64,000 bases of DNA from Malacoraja senta (lineage: Eukaryota). Positions 13,155 through 25,355 of the stretch are shown one piece after another. The notes under the pieces were generated by a model. It was not told where the DNA came from, searched no databases, and worked only from the letters and a program-made list of their open reading frames with translations. The translations under genes were made by a program, and so were the position numbers. Every line of letters begins with the position of its first letter. Positions within the stretch are counted from its first letter, which is position 1. The stretch lies in NCBI GenBank assembly GCA_038087875.1, contig CM075977.1, positions 84,196,001 to 84,260,000 on the forward strand, given 5' to 3'.

Positions 13155-13585
13155 AAGTGTCAAGAATCATGAGTGTTTCATTGCCATATGTTCCAAAACG
13201 GACCATTGAAATTCTTAGTTGCAGCAGCACAACAGATATGTTAACGTATTATTCTGTAAATACCATAATAAACAACAACAAAAAGTTCAGTATACATATT
13301 AACAAAACGAACAACTGATATTAGTGCAAAGACATGAACAATGCCCCCATCTATATAGTTTGAAGATTATTTGGAGTTGTAGTGTATATTTAAACAGTGT
13401 ACACTGTTTAAATATTCTGTTGTGCTGCTGCAAGTAAGAATTTCATTGTTCTATCTGGGACATATGACAAAAAAACACTCTTGACATTTGACTTTTGACT
13501 CTTATTAGCCTGATGGTTGTAGGGAAGAAACTGCTCCTGAACCTGGACATTACCGTTTTTAGGCTCCTATTCCTAGTTCCCGATG
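13155..13585 (-). mobile_element. Rex1/Babar 3' end with a nested opposite-strand Rex1 tail (about 13400-13502)
   Basis: RNRSLKTVMSRFRSSFFPTTIRL C-terminal motif; tails in both orientations. Confidence 0.75.
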
Positions 13586-13586
13586 A

Positions 13587-14318
13587 CATAAACATAAACA
13601 TAAACATGAAACATAGGCGCAGGAGTAGGCCATTCAGCCCTTCATTATGATAATGGCTGATCATCCAAAATCAGTACCCTGTTCCTGCTTTCTCCCCATA
13701 TCCCTTGATTCCATTAGCCCTATGAGCTCTATCTAACTCTCTCTTGAAAACATCCAGTGAATTGGCCTCCACTGCCTTCTGTGGCAGAGAATTCACAACT
13801 CTCTGGGTGAATAAGTTTTTCCTCATCTCAGTCCTAAATGGCCTACCCCTTATTCTTAAACTGGGACCCCTGGTTCATAACTTCCCCAAAATCAAGAACA
13901 TTTTTCCTGTATCTAGCCTGTCCAATCCCTTAAGAATTTTATATGTTTCTATATGATCCCCTCTGATCCTTATAAATTCCAGTGAATATAAGCTCAGTCG
14001 ATCCATTTTTTCATCACCTGTTAGTCCCACCAGGCTGGGAATTAACCCGGTGAACCTATGCTGCACTCCCTCAATAGCAAGAATGTCCTTCCTCAAATTA
14101 GGAGACCAAAACTGCACACAATACTCCAGGTGTGGTCTCACCAGTGTCCTGTACAACTGCAGAAGGACCTCCTTTGGCCTATACTGAAATCCTCTCGCAA
14201 TGTCCGACATGCCATTAGCTTTCTTCATTGCCTGCTGTACCTGCATGCTTATGTTTAGTGACTGATGTACAAGGACACCCAGGTCTCGATGCACCTCCCC
14301 TTTTCCTAATCTGACACC
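13587..14318 (-). mobile_element. HER1 LINE 3' fragment
   Basis: RLGKGEVHRDLGVLVHQSL...LQLYRTLVRPHLEYCVQFWSPNLRKDILAIEGVQ (CR1 ORF2); (acataa)n tail. Confidence 0.92.
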
Positions 14319-14669
14319 CTTGTATGCAGCAGGAGTGAAATACCTCCGACGCTTCCTACGCGGCTGCCCCATCAGTCATCTACTACCTCTTCTGCACTTC
14401 CCACATAGGCCCTAACAGCCACCTCAGAACCCACAAATCTGGTGCAGAGCAAATTATCCTCCATCCCAAGGGTCAGCCTAAGAAGAAGAATGTCTGGAAA
14501 TTAGGTTTCACCCTCTTTTGGTTTGCTAAGTATGTGTTGCATATGGCGCTCATGCCCAACTGCAAAAAATTATGAAATACGAGGAAAAAATCTGCTGAAG
14601 ACTGTACATGGTATCTCATGCTGCAGGTGGATCTGTGTAATCCCTGTCATTAGCTGCACATGCTATGGC

Positions 14670-15160
14670 TGCACAGATGACAGGAGTGAAATGCGAGTGT
14701 GGACAGGGAGGTGTGGGTCTCTGATGATGCTGGTTGCCTTCTTGAGGCAACAACTCCTGTAGATTCTGTAGATGGTGGGGAGGTCAGTACCTATGATGAA
14801 CTGGGCAATATTCACCACTTTTTGCAACTTTCTTTGTTCCTGGGCATTCGAGCTGCTGACCTGGGTGTGATGCAACCAGTCAATATGCTCCCTACTGCAC
14901 ACCTGTAGAGCTTCTGGAAAGTATACTTTGACATATCGAATCTCTGCAATTTTCTTCGGAAGTAGAGTCGTTGATGGGCTTCCTTTATGATTGCCTCAAT
15001 GTGCTGGGTCCACGACAGATCTTCAGAGATATCTTCAACCATGATTTTACATTTTTGACTCTCCCCATCACCATCTCGTTGATGAAGACAGGTTTATAGA
15101 TCCATGGCCTTAGTCTTCTAAAGTCAATAATCAGTTCCTTGGTTTTATTGACATTGAGAG
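14670..15160 (-). mobile_element. Rex1/Babar LINE fragment
   Basis: ISEDLSWTQHIEAIIKEAHQRLYFRRKLQRF...YRCAVGSILTGCIT. Confidence 0.85.
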
Positions 15161-15855
15161 CTGCCTGACCTGCTCAGTTACTTCAGCACTTTATGTGTTT
15201 TATTGTAACCCTGCATCTGCAACTCCCTATGTCCTTAGAATCATAGATAGGTTACCTTTCCATGTTCCCAGCACCTGTTCCGTAGGCTTCCAAGCCTAAA
15301 CTTTTAAGTGCACATCCACATACTTCTTGAATACTGTTCGTAACCCAACTTCATTTATTCTCTCAGGCAATGCATTCTACAAGGTACTTGCCACTCTCTG
15401 GGTAAAGAAAATCCTCTTCATATCCCCTATAAATCTCTTCCCCCTTTACCCTAAATGCATGTTCTCTAGTGTTATCTAACTCTGATATGAGGAAAGGTTT
15501 TGTGCAATCTCTGCTATCTATACCCCTGATTATTATATCTACCTCAGTCATGTCCAATCTTAATCTTCACCACTCCAGTGAGAGTAGGCATAGTTTCTCC
15601 TCATAAATGATCTTCTCCATCTGAGGCAACATCCTAATGAATCTCCTCTGCACTCTCTCTAGCACTGTCACACCCTTCCTAAAGCATGGTGACCAGAACT
15701 GCATGCATTACTCCAGTTGAGGTCTGTCCAATGCCCCGACAAATGAAGGCTGCTCTTATTCCCTTATGCCTTCCTAACCATGCTGCCACCTACAAGGGTC
15801 CATGAACTTGTACTCTAAGGTCCGTCTAATCTTCAAAACTCCCTGCTGCCTTTCT

Positions 15856-16470
15856 CAATGGTCAATGGTTCTTTATTGTGACATGTACAGATGTACAGTG
15901 AGATTTTAGTTTTGCATATAATTCAGTAAAGTATTGCCATATCTAAGCACAATCCCTGAATAGTACAAAGTGTATAGAAATAGTCTTTTGAGACCCCATG
16001 CAAGAGTCGCCAGGTTTTGGTGCCGTTTACAAAGTCCAGTCTGGACCGTGCACCATGCGGTCTTCTGGAACAGCGCCCGATCCAGGCGAGCCCCAGGCTG
16101 CTGCAGGGCCTCCAGCCGTCACCTCCATCTGGATCGTCCAGTGAACCGTCGTTCCTCTCCTCGCCCGGTCAACTTCAGCCTTTGTGCCCTGGGGGCACCT
16201 CCCGCAGCCGATCCTAAGGGCACAGAAGGTAAGACCCTGGTTCATTCTCTTACCAGACATTGCTCTCGCGTGCTCCATTGTCGGCTCCCTCCGTCCTCCT
16301 CTCTGGTTCTCCAGTCCTCGGAGGGTGAGCATTGGGCGGCTTGGCAGCATCCCTCTGCAGTCCTTCCATACGGCCGCACAGACTCCCGGTCATTCCAGTC
16401 GTCTGATACCTCACTTGTGTCCAGCAAAAACATTTCAGCCAAAGCCCATCAATCTCTTTCCTTGCCTCCT
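15856..16470 (-). mobile_element. GC-rich non-autonomous element with Rex1-like 3' tail
   Basis: On the minus strand ends atctcactgtacatctgtacatgtcacaataaagaaccattgaccattga; GC-rich non-coding body. Confidence 0.55.
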
Positions 16471-17220
16471 TAGCAGCCTGGGTTAAATCACAACTAGTCC
16501 TGGATATTTATCTACCTTTAAATCTGCTAAGACATTGATTACCTCCCTTTAGGTAACCCTTTAGGAGACCTTCACTAGACATATAACTCCCGCTTCATCG
16601 AATTATCCAACTATAAAGAGTGTTTCCTTTGAGAAAACGAATGAAAAGTATTCATTTATGACGTCACATGCACCTTCCTCAATTTTATAGAACGCTCTAT
16701 CTTAGCACCTACTGTCCGCTTTATTGATTATGTGGTACCACATGCCTACCTTGATCGGCAGATGGATCAGCAGTTATGTCATCATGCTCTGAAACTCTTT
16801 GGTTTTGATTTCTCTTCGCATATAAAGATTTTATTGGAAACATACTCAAGATGCCAACAAATGCCTTTAAAATCAGAGTAAATAACTCACTGATTTAAGA
16901 TACATGGTTACAAAATAAATTAACAAAAATGTTACTAAAGTTTATAACTGTAATTTCTCACAGTCTTGGGCAGAGCTTTTGCCACACCAACTGTGACCAA
17001 GCTGTAATGCATCGCAGTAGCAAGGTTTCTATGTACAACTGTGGAAGTTGGTAAGGCTTACCAAACTTCCCCAGTTTTGTTTTAGAAATACTGTGTGGAA
17101 ACCAAGTCCACACCAACCGATCTCCCGCAAACTAGTTCCATGTTATTCCACTTTCTCATCCTACACACTAGGGGCTATTTACAGAAGCCAGAAAACTACA
17201 AACCTGCACACCTTTGGAAT

Positions 17221-17525
17221 GGGCAGCACAATGGCACAGCAGTAGAGCTGCTGCCTACAGCACCAGAGACCTGGGTTCGATCCTGTCGACGGGTGCTGTC
17301 TATACGGAGTTTATATGTTCTCCCTGTGACCGTGTGGGTTTTCTTCAGGTGCTCCGGTTTCCTCCCACACACAAAGATGTAGGTTAATTGCTTCACTAAA
17401 ATAGTAAATTGTCCCTAATGTGTAGTATCTTGTTGGTGTTGAGATAGTGTTAGTGTATGGGGAGATTGCTGATCGGCACACACTCGGTGGGCCGAAGGGC
17501 CTGTTTCCGCACTGTTTCTCTAAGG
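17221..17525 (+). mobile_element. HE1-type tRNA-derived V-SINE, abutting an opposite-strand SINE half (about 17075-17220)
   Basis: A box tggcacagcagtag, B box gggttcgatcc, V-core ggtgctccggtttcctcccaca, CR1-like tail gggccgaagggcctgtttcc. Confidence 0.9.
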
Positions 17526-18689
17526 TCTAACAGCAGGAAAACTATCACTTAAATTGACCGTTTCATTATGGACTATTGTTGAAAATTGCACAATGGCCTG
17601 CAGCCTGGTAATATTGGGAGAGACCACAGACCTCGGTGTATTATGGGAGTACAGGTTTCCCTTCAATTAAATGAACAACTTAATTTCTTTTTTGCCAACC
17701 TCAACTGTAAGAGGCTAGAGTGAAATAAAACAGGAAGAAGCAGGGCCACACAGAAACACAAAAGTCAATAAGGCTTCCAAGGTTGTTAAATAAAACTCCC
17801 CATCATCATCCTGCAACGTAAGCACATGGAAATGCTGAACCAGAAAAGATTCAATCTTAAATATTTTTGCTTTAACTCTTTCGTGGCTGGGTTATTTTTC
17901 TGTGGAATGATCACAGTGGGCACGAGGCACCAGTTATGCTGTTGAAAGATTCCACTGAGTGTTTGCCGGACCATAGGGCCAGTTGGACAGCTAGCAACCA
18001 TGGAATTTTGGATTGAGATCAAGCAGTTAAGAAAAATAAAAATGCCTGTAAGTGGATACTTTAATGCAGTAGAAATTCAAACATTGTGTTTTACTGCAAG
18101 AGAAGATGTTTGGCTTGGGTAAGGCACATGGAATATATTTGAACAACAAAGGCCACACTTAGCAGGTTCATTTATCTGAACTGGCAGCCTNNNNNNNNNN
18201 NNNNNNNNNNNNNNNNNNNNNNNNNNNNNNNNNNNNNNNNNNNNNNNNNNNNNNNNNNNNNNNNNNNNNNNNNNNNNNNNNNNNNNNNNNNNNNNNNNNN
18301 NNNNNNNNNNNNNNNNNNNNNNNNNNNNNNNNNNNNNNNNNNNNNNNNNNNNNNNNNNNNNNNNNNNNNNNNNNNNNNNNNNNNNNNNNNCAACTTCTAT
18401 AACTGCCTTCCATATTTCAGGCCAATCTGTTGGACTGGGTGGTGCACAACACCTTGGATGTGCAGGCTGTGACTCTAATTATTCAAAGTCCTCAAAACAA
18501 GCAACATCAATGTTTTTATTTGTGTATTCATCTTGGCTACATGGATTTCTCAAAGCAGAAACCCATAAGCATTTGACAAACTGGAGTTGTGATTGGAAAA
18601 TATGTTTCTAAGTACAATACAATACGGTTTATTCGTCACATTGCACATAAAGTGCAAGTGAAATGAATTTGCCAGCAGCGGTACAAGTA

Positions 18690-20101
18690 ATCGATGCTCA
18701 AAGCTACTCTCTTACTGTGGTGTGTGCAAGGATGTGGTCATTATTTTGAAAAAACACTACCCTGCATCGCTGTGATTTTTGGCCATCTTACTCACAGTCC
18801 TCCTCCGCTGAGCCAGCCCCGAGGATTTATCCCATCGATGAAAAATAAAAGTTATGAGTGTTTTAAAAAACTTGAGATCAGCTGATTGGTCCTCTCGCAT
18901 GTCAATCACTGCAATGAAGGTAACGCCCCTTCTGGGGGGGGGGCAGGACTATAAAACCCCAGATGCCTGGACGTGAGTCTGTCACTCTGCAAGATCGCGA
19001 GGGAGAGGCCACGACTGTCATTCTAAGCTGTGAATTAACTGAACTGTGAGTCTGCAATGTACTTGCAATAAATAATTTGTTAGCCCTTAATGACAATGCC
19101 ATGAGTTGTTTGGCCTGCTGCCCTGTCTGTGCTTGAAAGTGCAATGTTTAATTGGAAATGAAATGAAATGAAATGACAATGCCATGAGTTGTTTGGCCTG
19201 CTGCCCTGCCTGTGCTTGAAATTGCAATGCTTTATTAGGTCCGACTGTGTTTGGAAGGAATAAATGCTTTATTAGGTCCGACTGTGTTTGGAAGGAATAA
19301 ATGCTTTATTAGATCCGACTGTGTTTGGAAGGCATAAATGCTTTGTTAGGTCCGAGTGTGTTTGGAAGGAATAAATGCTTTATTTGGTTCGACTGTGTTT
19401 GTAAGGAATAAATGCTTTATTAGGTCCGACAGTGTTCAGTCCAAAAGTCTCGCTTATTTCGTGACTTCCGCTTAGTGGACAGGTCACGCTGATTGCTTAA
19501 TTTCTGGTGAGTGCAGAGGTCACGCTGATTGCGGAAGTGCCGCTGACTGCGGAAGCCCTACAGTGGAAGGTCGTGCTNNNNNNNNNNNNNNNNNNNNNNN
19601 NNNNNNNNNNNNNNNNNNNNNNNNNNNNNNNNNNNNNNNNNNNNNNNNNNNNNNNNNNNNNNNNNNNNNNNNNNNNNNNNNNNNNNNNNNNNNNNNNNNN
19701 NNNNNNNNNNNNNNNNNNNNNNNNNNNNNNNNNNNNNNNNNNNNNNNNNNNNNNNNNNNNNNNNNNNNNNNNNNNNNNNNNNNNNNNNNNNNNNNNNNNN
19801 NNNNNNNNNNNNNNNNNNNNNNNNNNNNNNNNNNNNNNNNNNNNNNNNNNNNNNNNNNNNNNNNNNNNNNNNNNNNNNNNNNNNNNNNNNNNNNNNNNNN
19901 NNNNNNNNNNNNNNNNNNNNNNNNNNNNNNNNNNNNNNNNNNNNNNNNNNNNNNNNNNNNNNNNNNNNNNNNNNNNNNNNNNNTGTGTGGGAGGGTGGAG
20001 GGTGTGTTTTTATTGGAATTGGTGGAGAGGTGGAATAGTGAGTTGGGGGACCAGCCCCCCCCCATGTGAAGCTGGGACCCAACGGGTCCAACTTAGTCTA
20101 G
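18690..20101 (+). mobile_element. Non-autonomous Helitron (5' terminus lost, spans an assembly gap)
   Basis: 3' hairpin gggacccaacgggtcc (20074-20089) followed by CTAG at 20098-20101; 5' region similar to that of the Helitron at 32102-33498; continuity across gap 19578-19983 is inferred. Confidence 0.7.
19227..19436 (+). repeat. 37-bp minisatellite, about 5.7 copies
   Basis: Unit atgctttattaggtccgactgtgtttggaaggaataa starts at 19227, 19264, 19301, 19338, 19375 and 19412; no spacers. Confidence 0.95.
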
Positions 20102-23099
20102 CACACTTTAAATGGGAAGCAAATTGGCAGAGAAAGAGTATTTGCTGCGAGTCCCAATCTGACCTCCTGTGCCTACTGTGTAGATGTTGCATGTTTTCCC
20201 TGTGACTTGCGTTTATTCCAGGTGCTCGGGTTTCTTTCCGTATCCCAAAGATATGCAGGTTGGTTGATTGTGTCTGAAGAAGGGCCCTGACACATCTGCA
20301 ACAACTCTCTGCCATTTTAGGGAGTTTCCTGACTGCCTTGTTACTAGCAAGGTGGGACAAAGGACTTGTCCTATGTTGTAGCACTCTGACTCCATGAAGC
20401 GCAGGAGGATGAAGGGTGATCTTATAGAGGAATGAGAGGAATATATCAGGTAGATGCACAGAGTCTCTTGCCCAGAGTAGGGGAATCGAGGACCAGAGGA
20501 CATAGGTTCAAGGTGAAGGGGAAAAGATTTAATAGGAATCTGTGGGGTAACTTTTTCACACAAACGGTGGTGGTGTACGGAACAAGTTGAAGGCAGATGA
20601 AGGTTCCTTGAATTGAACAGACACTAGACCTACCAGGGAATATTTGAACTGAGGACTGATCATCTGAATAGTACACAGGATTCTCACTGGCAAAACGAAG
20701 CCCATCATGTGAGCTTTTTCTTTTGAAGAGAAACATAATTTCAGTTTTGAACACCTGCCACATTATTTAATCCTCCAAAGAAAGTGTGGTCAGTGGAAAG
20801 CTTGGTCAGCACACAAGAGAGAAAGAAGCGGAAAGATCGGGTGAAATGAAGATAATAAAAGACTTGCGAGTAGCATAAATACGGTTGGGTGAAATTACCT
20901 GAACTTTGCTGTAAATTCAATGTAATTTTTGGATTAAAAACAGCACAAGCATTCACTGAGGATCCAGATTCCTGGGTAGTGATTATCTTACAATGACAGA
21001 TTTGTTGAAATGAAAAGTCACTTACTTGATGGTTGGCAGTGAAAGTGAATTAGTATTTACAAGGACTATATAACTGCATCTATATAGATATATTATGACT
21101 TGCAACAGTAACAGCAGATTGAAAGAGTATAGAGTGAGAATCATGTGTAATAGAGCAGTTTATATCTAGTTTACATAATGCATGCCTTTACTTAGAAGTA
21201 AAATAGCAACTGCAGTCATCTTAAAGCTGAAAAAATTAGATGACATATTCAAATTGTATACCTTTGAATTATATATTGCATGAAATACTCTGTAATTGGT
21301 GAAACCAACATAGAATGATTATTTCAAAGATATAATTTTGTAAATAAAAGGAAATAACGTACATTGATGTGAAATGCCATAAAATACATAAAAGGAACCT
21401 GGAATTGTGATTGGATTTCTGAATTGTCCCTTTTATTTTCTTCTGTTGTTTTCTCATTGTGCTCTTCCTTTACTGAAAGCAGTAAATATTCTACAATGGC
21501 GATAATTCACCATTGTCTCTGTTTAGTAGGACTAGACAATGAATGTGAGTGGTCTATTTGGTCATGAATTACTAATGGTCAAGTGTAATCTTGATTGTTG
21601 TACTTGGAACCAAACAGAGGAATTGAAGTATTTCAAAGAGATGCATTGTTTGAGGACTGGAATTTTTACCAATGATATAAACACTAAAATTATGATGCAC
21701 AAAGTGCAAATAGTACTGTCTGTTTTCATGGCTGGAAAAGCAGTGACAACGGTTAATACTTTCTGAAGTTAACGAATATACATTGAGCACAGATCCTTTT
21801 ATGGAAGTGTTTGAGAAAATTAGGAATGTGAATTTTCCTTTTATTTTTAGATGTGGTGCAAAATTAATACTATGATTCAGTAAGTGTAAATACACATGTC
21901 ACTGCCTTCATAGTAATCTGCTGAATCCATCCCAGCTGCTTTAAAAGTCAAGTATTTAGCAGCATGCCTTCACAGATGCTCCACTGTGCTGAGGTGAGGT
22001 CCATGGTCTGTCTGATGCACCCGTCTGGTGCCGTCAGTCACTGGACGTAGGATGCAGAAACTGACCCGCCAACACTGATCTGCCAACTCACCACAGAGTC
22101 AGTTTTGACTTAGAAACGCACTTTAAAAAGTTTATCACACTTCATCTGAAAAATACTCAACTGCATGTTTCCTCCTTTACATCACTGAGCTGAATCTGTT
22201 CTGTTGTAGATGTATTTCCACAGGAATTGTAATCGGGTTGACTGACGCTCCAGTTGCCTTTCTCCGATTGAGTATTAATATGAACTGCCCCACATTTTGT
22301 CATGCCATCCTTCCTGCTCAGTGCCTGAAAGGGACTTAATCCCACTAACGTCCTCTTCTGTCCTGCTCATTCACCTATCATTGGTCTAAAAGCTCGACAA
22401 TCCGTAGTGATTTCCTCTCTCGGCTCTTTGCTCAGAGATGAGAGAGGTTCTTACCATACAAAGTTGTGTTACTGCAGGTGATCTTGGCTTCACCTCAAAC
22501 TTTGACCCAGTCTCTATATTCCTGGCTTCTCTTGAAATCTGTTCACTTTACCGAGACCCCCTTCACCCCAGTGGCCACATTCCCTGTGGGGTGTTTATTG
22601 TCAAATCACAGCTTGGTTCCTGTCTTTACTCCTCTAATACTTTCTACCCTCCTTTAGGCACCTCTCGTTCCTACCCCTCACATCCTCCAAGATCTTCTAT
22701 TTCCCGTTGACAAAAGTTAAATTATGAGCTGCTTGGGCCGGCTTATGCAGGGACAAGAAAACGGAATGTGAATGCATGCCAGAGGAAACCTAAGATTTGT
22801 TTAGAGTGCCTAGAGGAAATTAAGTAAAATAATAATTGCAGTTATTTTATTAAGTTTGCGCAAGTTTATCTATTTTGAGACTTCTGGCTCGGCACTTAAG
22901 ACTGAAGATAAATGGCTCTGCATTCAAATTGGGCACATGTGGTTTGTTTCAACATTCCAGCGTGGTTCATATCTTTCCAAACAACATTTAAAGCAAATTC
23001 AGACATTGTGTTCCTTCCCACAGAAGTATGTTTTGAGAATAGGTCATATCATTATTCTTTTTGGGGATTTTCCCCGCTTTTTTTTGTTGGTTACGTCAA

Positions 23100-24130
23100 A
23101 TGGTCCTTGTCCCTGGCATAGACTGGCCCTATCCCACAACTCTTTCTCTGCCTCATCAATGACTGCAATGGGGCTAAGGCCTGCACCCGTGCAGAACTCA
23201 TGGACTTCATTATCCTCACCACTAACTTTCATCCTGCCCTCAAATTCATCTGGACTATCTCAGACGCCCCTCTCCCAGATCAGCCATGATTGAATGGCGG
23301 AGTTGACTTGATGGGCCAAATGGCCTAATTCTACTACTATTCCTTATGACCCTTTTCTTGATCTCTCTGTCTTTAACACCGGAGCAAGACTATCAACTGA
23401 CATCTACTACAAACCTACCAACTCCCACAGTTATCCTCCCACCCTACCTCTTGTAAAAATGATATCCCCCTCCTCTCAATTCCTCTGTCTCTGCCACATT
23501 TGTTCCCAAGATGAGGCTTTCTGTAGGATCCCACAGTGTAGATGTCCTCATTCTTTAGTGTATGTGGTTTCCCCCATAGCTATCATAGATGGATCCCTCG
23601 CCCACAACCCTTTTGGTTCCTGGAGGTCAGCTCTCACTTCCTTGCTCCCCAGACACAACAAGGACAGAGTTTCCCTGGTCTTCACCTTTCAGCCCACCAG
23701 CCTCCGCATCCAACACATCATCCTCCAACATTTCCATCACCTCCAACGTGATCCCACCACTAGTCACATCTTCCCACCTCCACCCCTTCCGTCTTCTGCA
23801 GAGGCCACTTCCTCAGCAACTCCTTGGTTCACTCATCCCTTCCCACCCAAACCACCCAGGTACTTTTCTCTGCAGCCACAGGAGCTGTAACACCTGTCCC
23901 TATAGCTCCTCCCTCGACTCTATCCAGGGACTTCAGTAGTCCTTCCAAGTGAGACAGAGGTTAATATGCACCGCCTCTAACCTCATCAACTGCATCTGGT
24001 GTTCCCGACGTGGTCTCCTGTACCTTAGCGAGATCAAGCGTAGTCTCAGCAACTGGTTTGTCGATTCCCATGATGATTTTTTTTGTCCTTGGGCCTCATC
24101 CATTGCCAGTGTGTGGCCACACGCAAATCG
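23100..24130 (+). mobile_element. Decayed Penelope-like element (RT C-terminus and GIY-YIG) with nested HER1 tail
   Basis: SQFLCLCHICSQDEAF, RHNKDRVSLVFTFQPTSLRIQHIILQHF, RQRLICTASNLINCIWCSRRGLLYLSEIKRSL. Confidence 0.85.
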
Positions 24131-24214
24131 TTCCAGAGTTGCTACCTGACCTGCCAACTTAGTCCAGCATTACTTTGGTATAAACCACCATCTGCCTCTT
24201 ACATGTACTTACTC

Positions 24215-24715
24215 CAGTTCAGTTTAGTTTTTTGTCATGTACCGAGGTACAGTGAAAATCTTTTGCGTGCTAAGCAGTCAGCGGAAAGACAATACATGAT
24301 TACAATCGTGCCATTTACAGTGTATATATACATGATAAGGAAATAACGTTTAGTGCAAGGTAAAGTCAGTAAAGTCCGATCAAAGAGGAAATCACAAGTC
24401 TGAAGAAGAGTTTCGGCCCGAAACATTGCCTATTTCCTTCGCTCCATAGATGCTGCCTCACCCGCTGAGTTTCTCCAGCATTTTTGTCTACCAAAGCCCG
24501 ATCAAAGATAGTCTGAGGGTCATCAATGAGGTAGATAGTAGTTCAGGACTGCTCTCTAGTTGTGGTAAGATGATTCAGTTGCCTGATAACAGCAGGGAAG
24601 AAACTGTCCCTGAATCTAGAAGTGTGCGTTTTCACACTTCTATACCTTTTGCCTGAGGGGAGAAGAGGGAGTGGCTAGGGGGGTGCGACTCATCCTTGAT
24701 TATGCTGCTGGCTTG
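24215..24715 (-). mobile_element. Rex1/Babar-type 3' end with nested pLTR (about 24386-24491)
   Basis: Tail gtttagtttttgtcatgtaccgaggtacagtgaaaa; nested pLTR flanked by aaag(t/c)ccgatcaaaga; same family near 53790-54048. Confidence 0.7.
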
Positions 24716-25149
24716 TGTTGTATAATTCAGGAAATAAGCAGATGGTGTTATCATGCAAATGATTGATATATTGTATCACAGTTGTCTTTCTATTTTAATA
24801 GAAATCTCAATACATTAAAAATATATACTATAGATCCTGGTTTAGAAGAAATGTACACAGTTGTATTAAATATTTCTGTAGTGACATCAGCCAAGGTAAT
24901 TTTGAGGCTGTGATTTTCATGGGGTAGCAGAATCCCATTTAGCATTGTATTTCCTGGATATTCTCTCCCTGAACACACTGAACCTCAGAAGGTTTCCTTT
25001 CTGCCAGTGATTCAGTTTCACAACCTGACCTTCCGCTAATCTCCAAAGACGAGTGTGACTTGCTCTCCCGCGCATGTGTATACCTGGGCAGTGGGTTACC
25101 CACAAACAGCATGGACATGGATGTATGCCTTTGGCTGTAGTGATGGGCT

Positions 25150-25355
25150 TCTTCTTCTTATTATTATTATTATTATTATTTCGTGTCCATCAAATGTTGA
25201 CATTGCTGTCATTGTCCGTCCTGAAAAGGACGCAAGCTTCCGGCGACAATCAGTCGGAGTCATCACTTGTTGCAATAGATGATGGTGGTAGCAGAATTAG
25301 CTCGGGATACTTCCAGTTTCCAGCCCCGCGACGTGGACGCTTCTGCTATGGGGCC
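25150..25355 (-). mobile_element. Short non-LTR retroposon with 5' HDV-like ribozyme and (AAT)n(AAG)n tail
   Basis: TSD agtgatgggct at 25139-25149 and 25356-25366; microsatellite tail 25150-25181; CpG-rich structured body. Confidence 0.85.
25289..25355 (-). ncRNA. HDV-like self-cleaving ribozyme
   Basis: Minus strand parses as P1 GGCCCC / A / P2 TAGCAGAA / P3 GCG / L3 TCCACGT / P3' CGC / P1' GGGGCT / P1.1 GG / AAA / P4 CTGGA-AGTA-TCCCGAG / J4/2 CTAA / P2' TTCTGCTA. Confidence 0.85.

Noticed and set aside
17221-17295. tRNA gene-like A/B boxes
   Set aside because: No full cloverleaf; runs directly into V-SINE core and tail.
19227-19436. 37-bp repeats resembling a CRISPR array
   Set aside because: Units are head-to-tail with no spacers, there are no cas genes, and the context is eukaryotic.
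20634-20754. Possible minus-strand exon (VFKTEIMFLFKRK...ENPVYY...QIFP, AG/GT bounded, NPxY motif)
   Set aside because: Poor polypyrimidine tract, no recognisable homology, no convincing neighbouring exons; needs TBLASTN or RNA-seq.
22438-22720. Possible very old PLE RT remnant
   Set aside because: Similarity too faint to support by eye.
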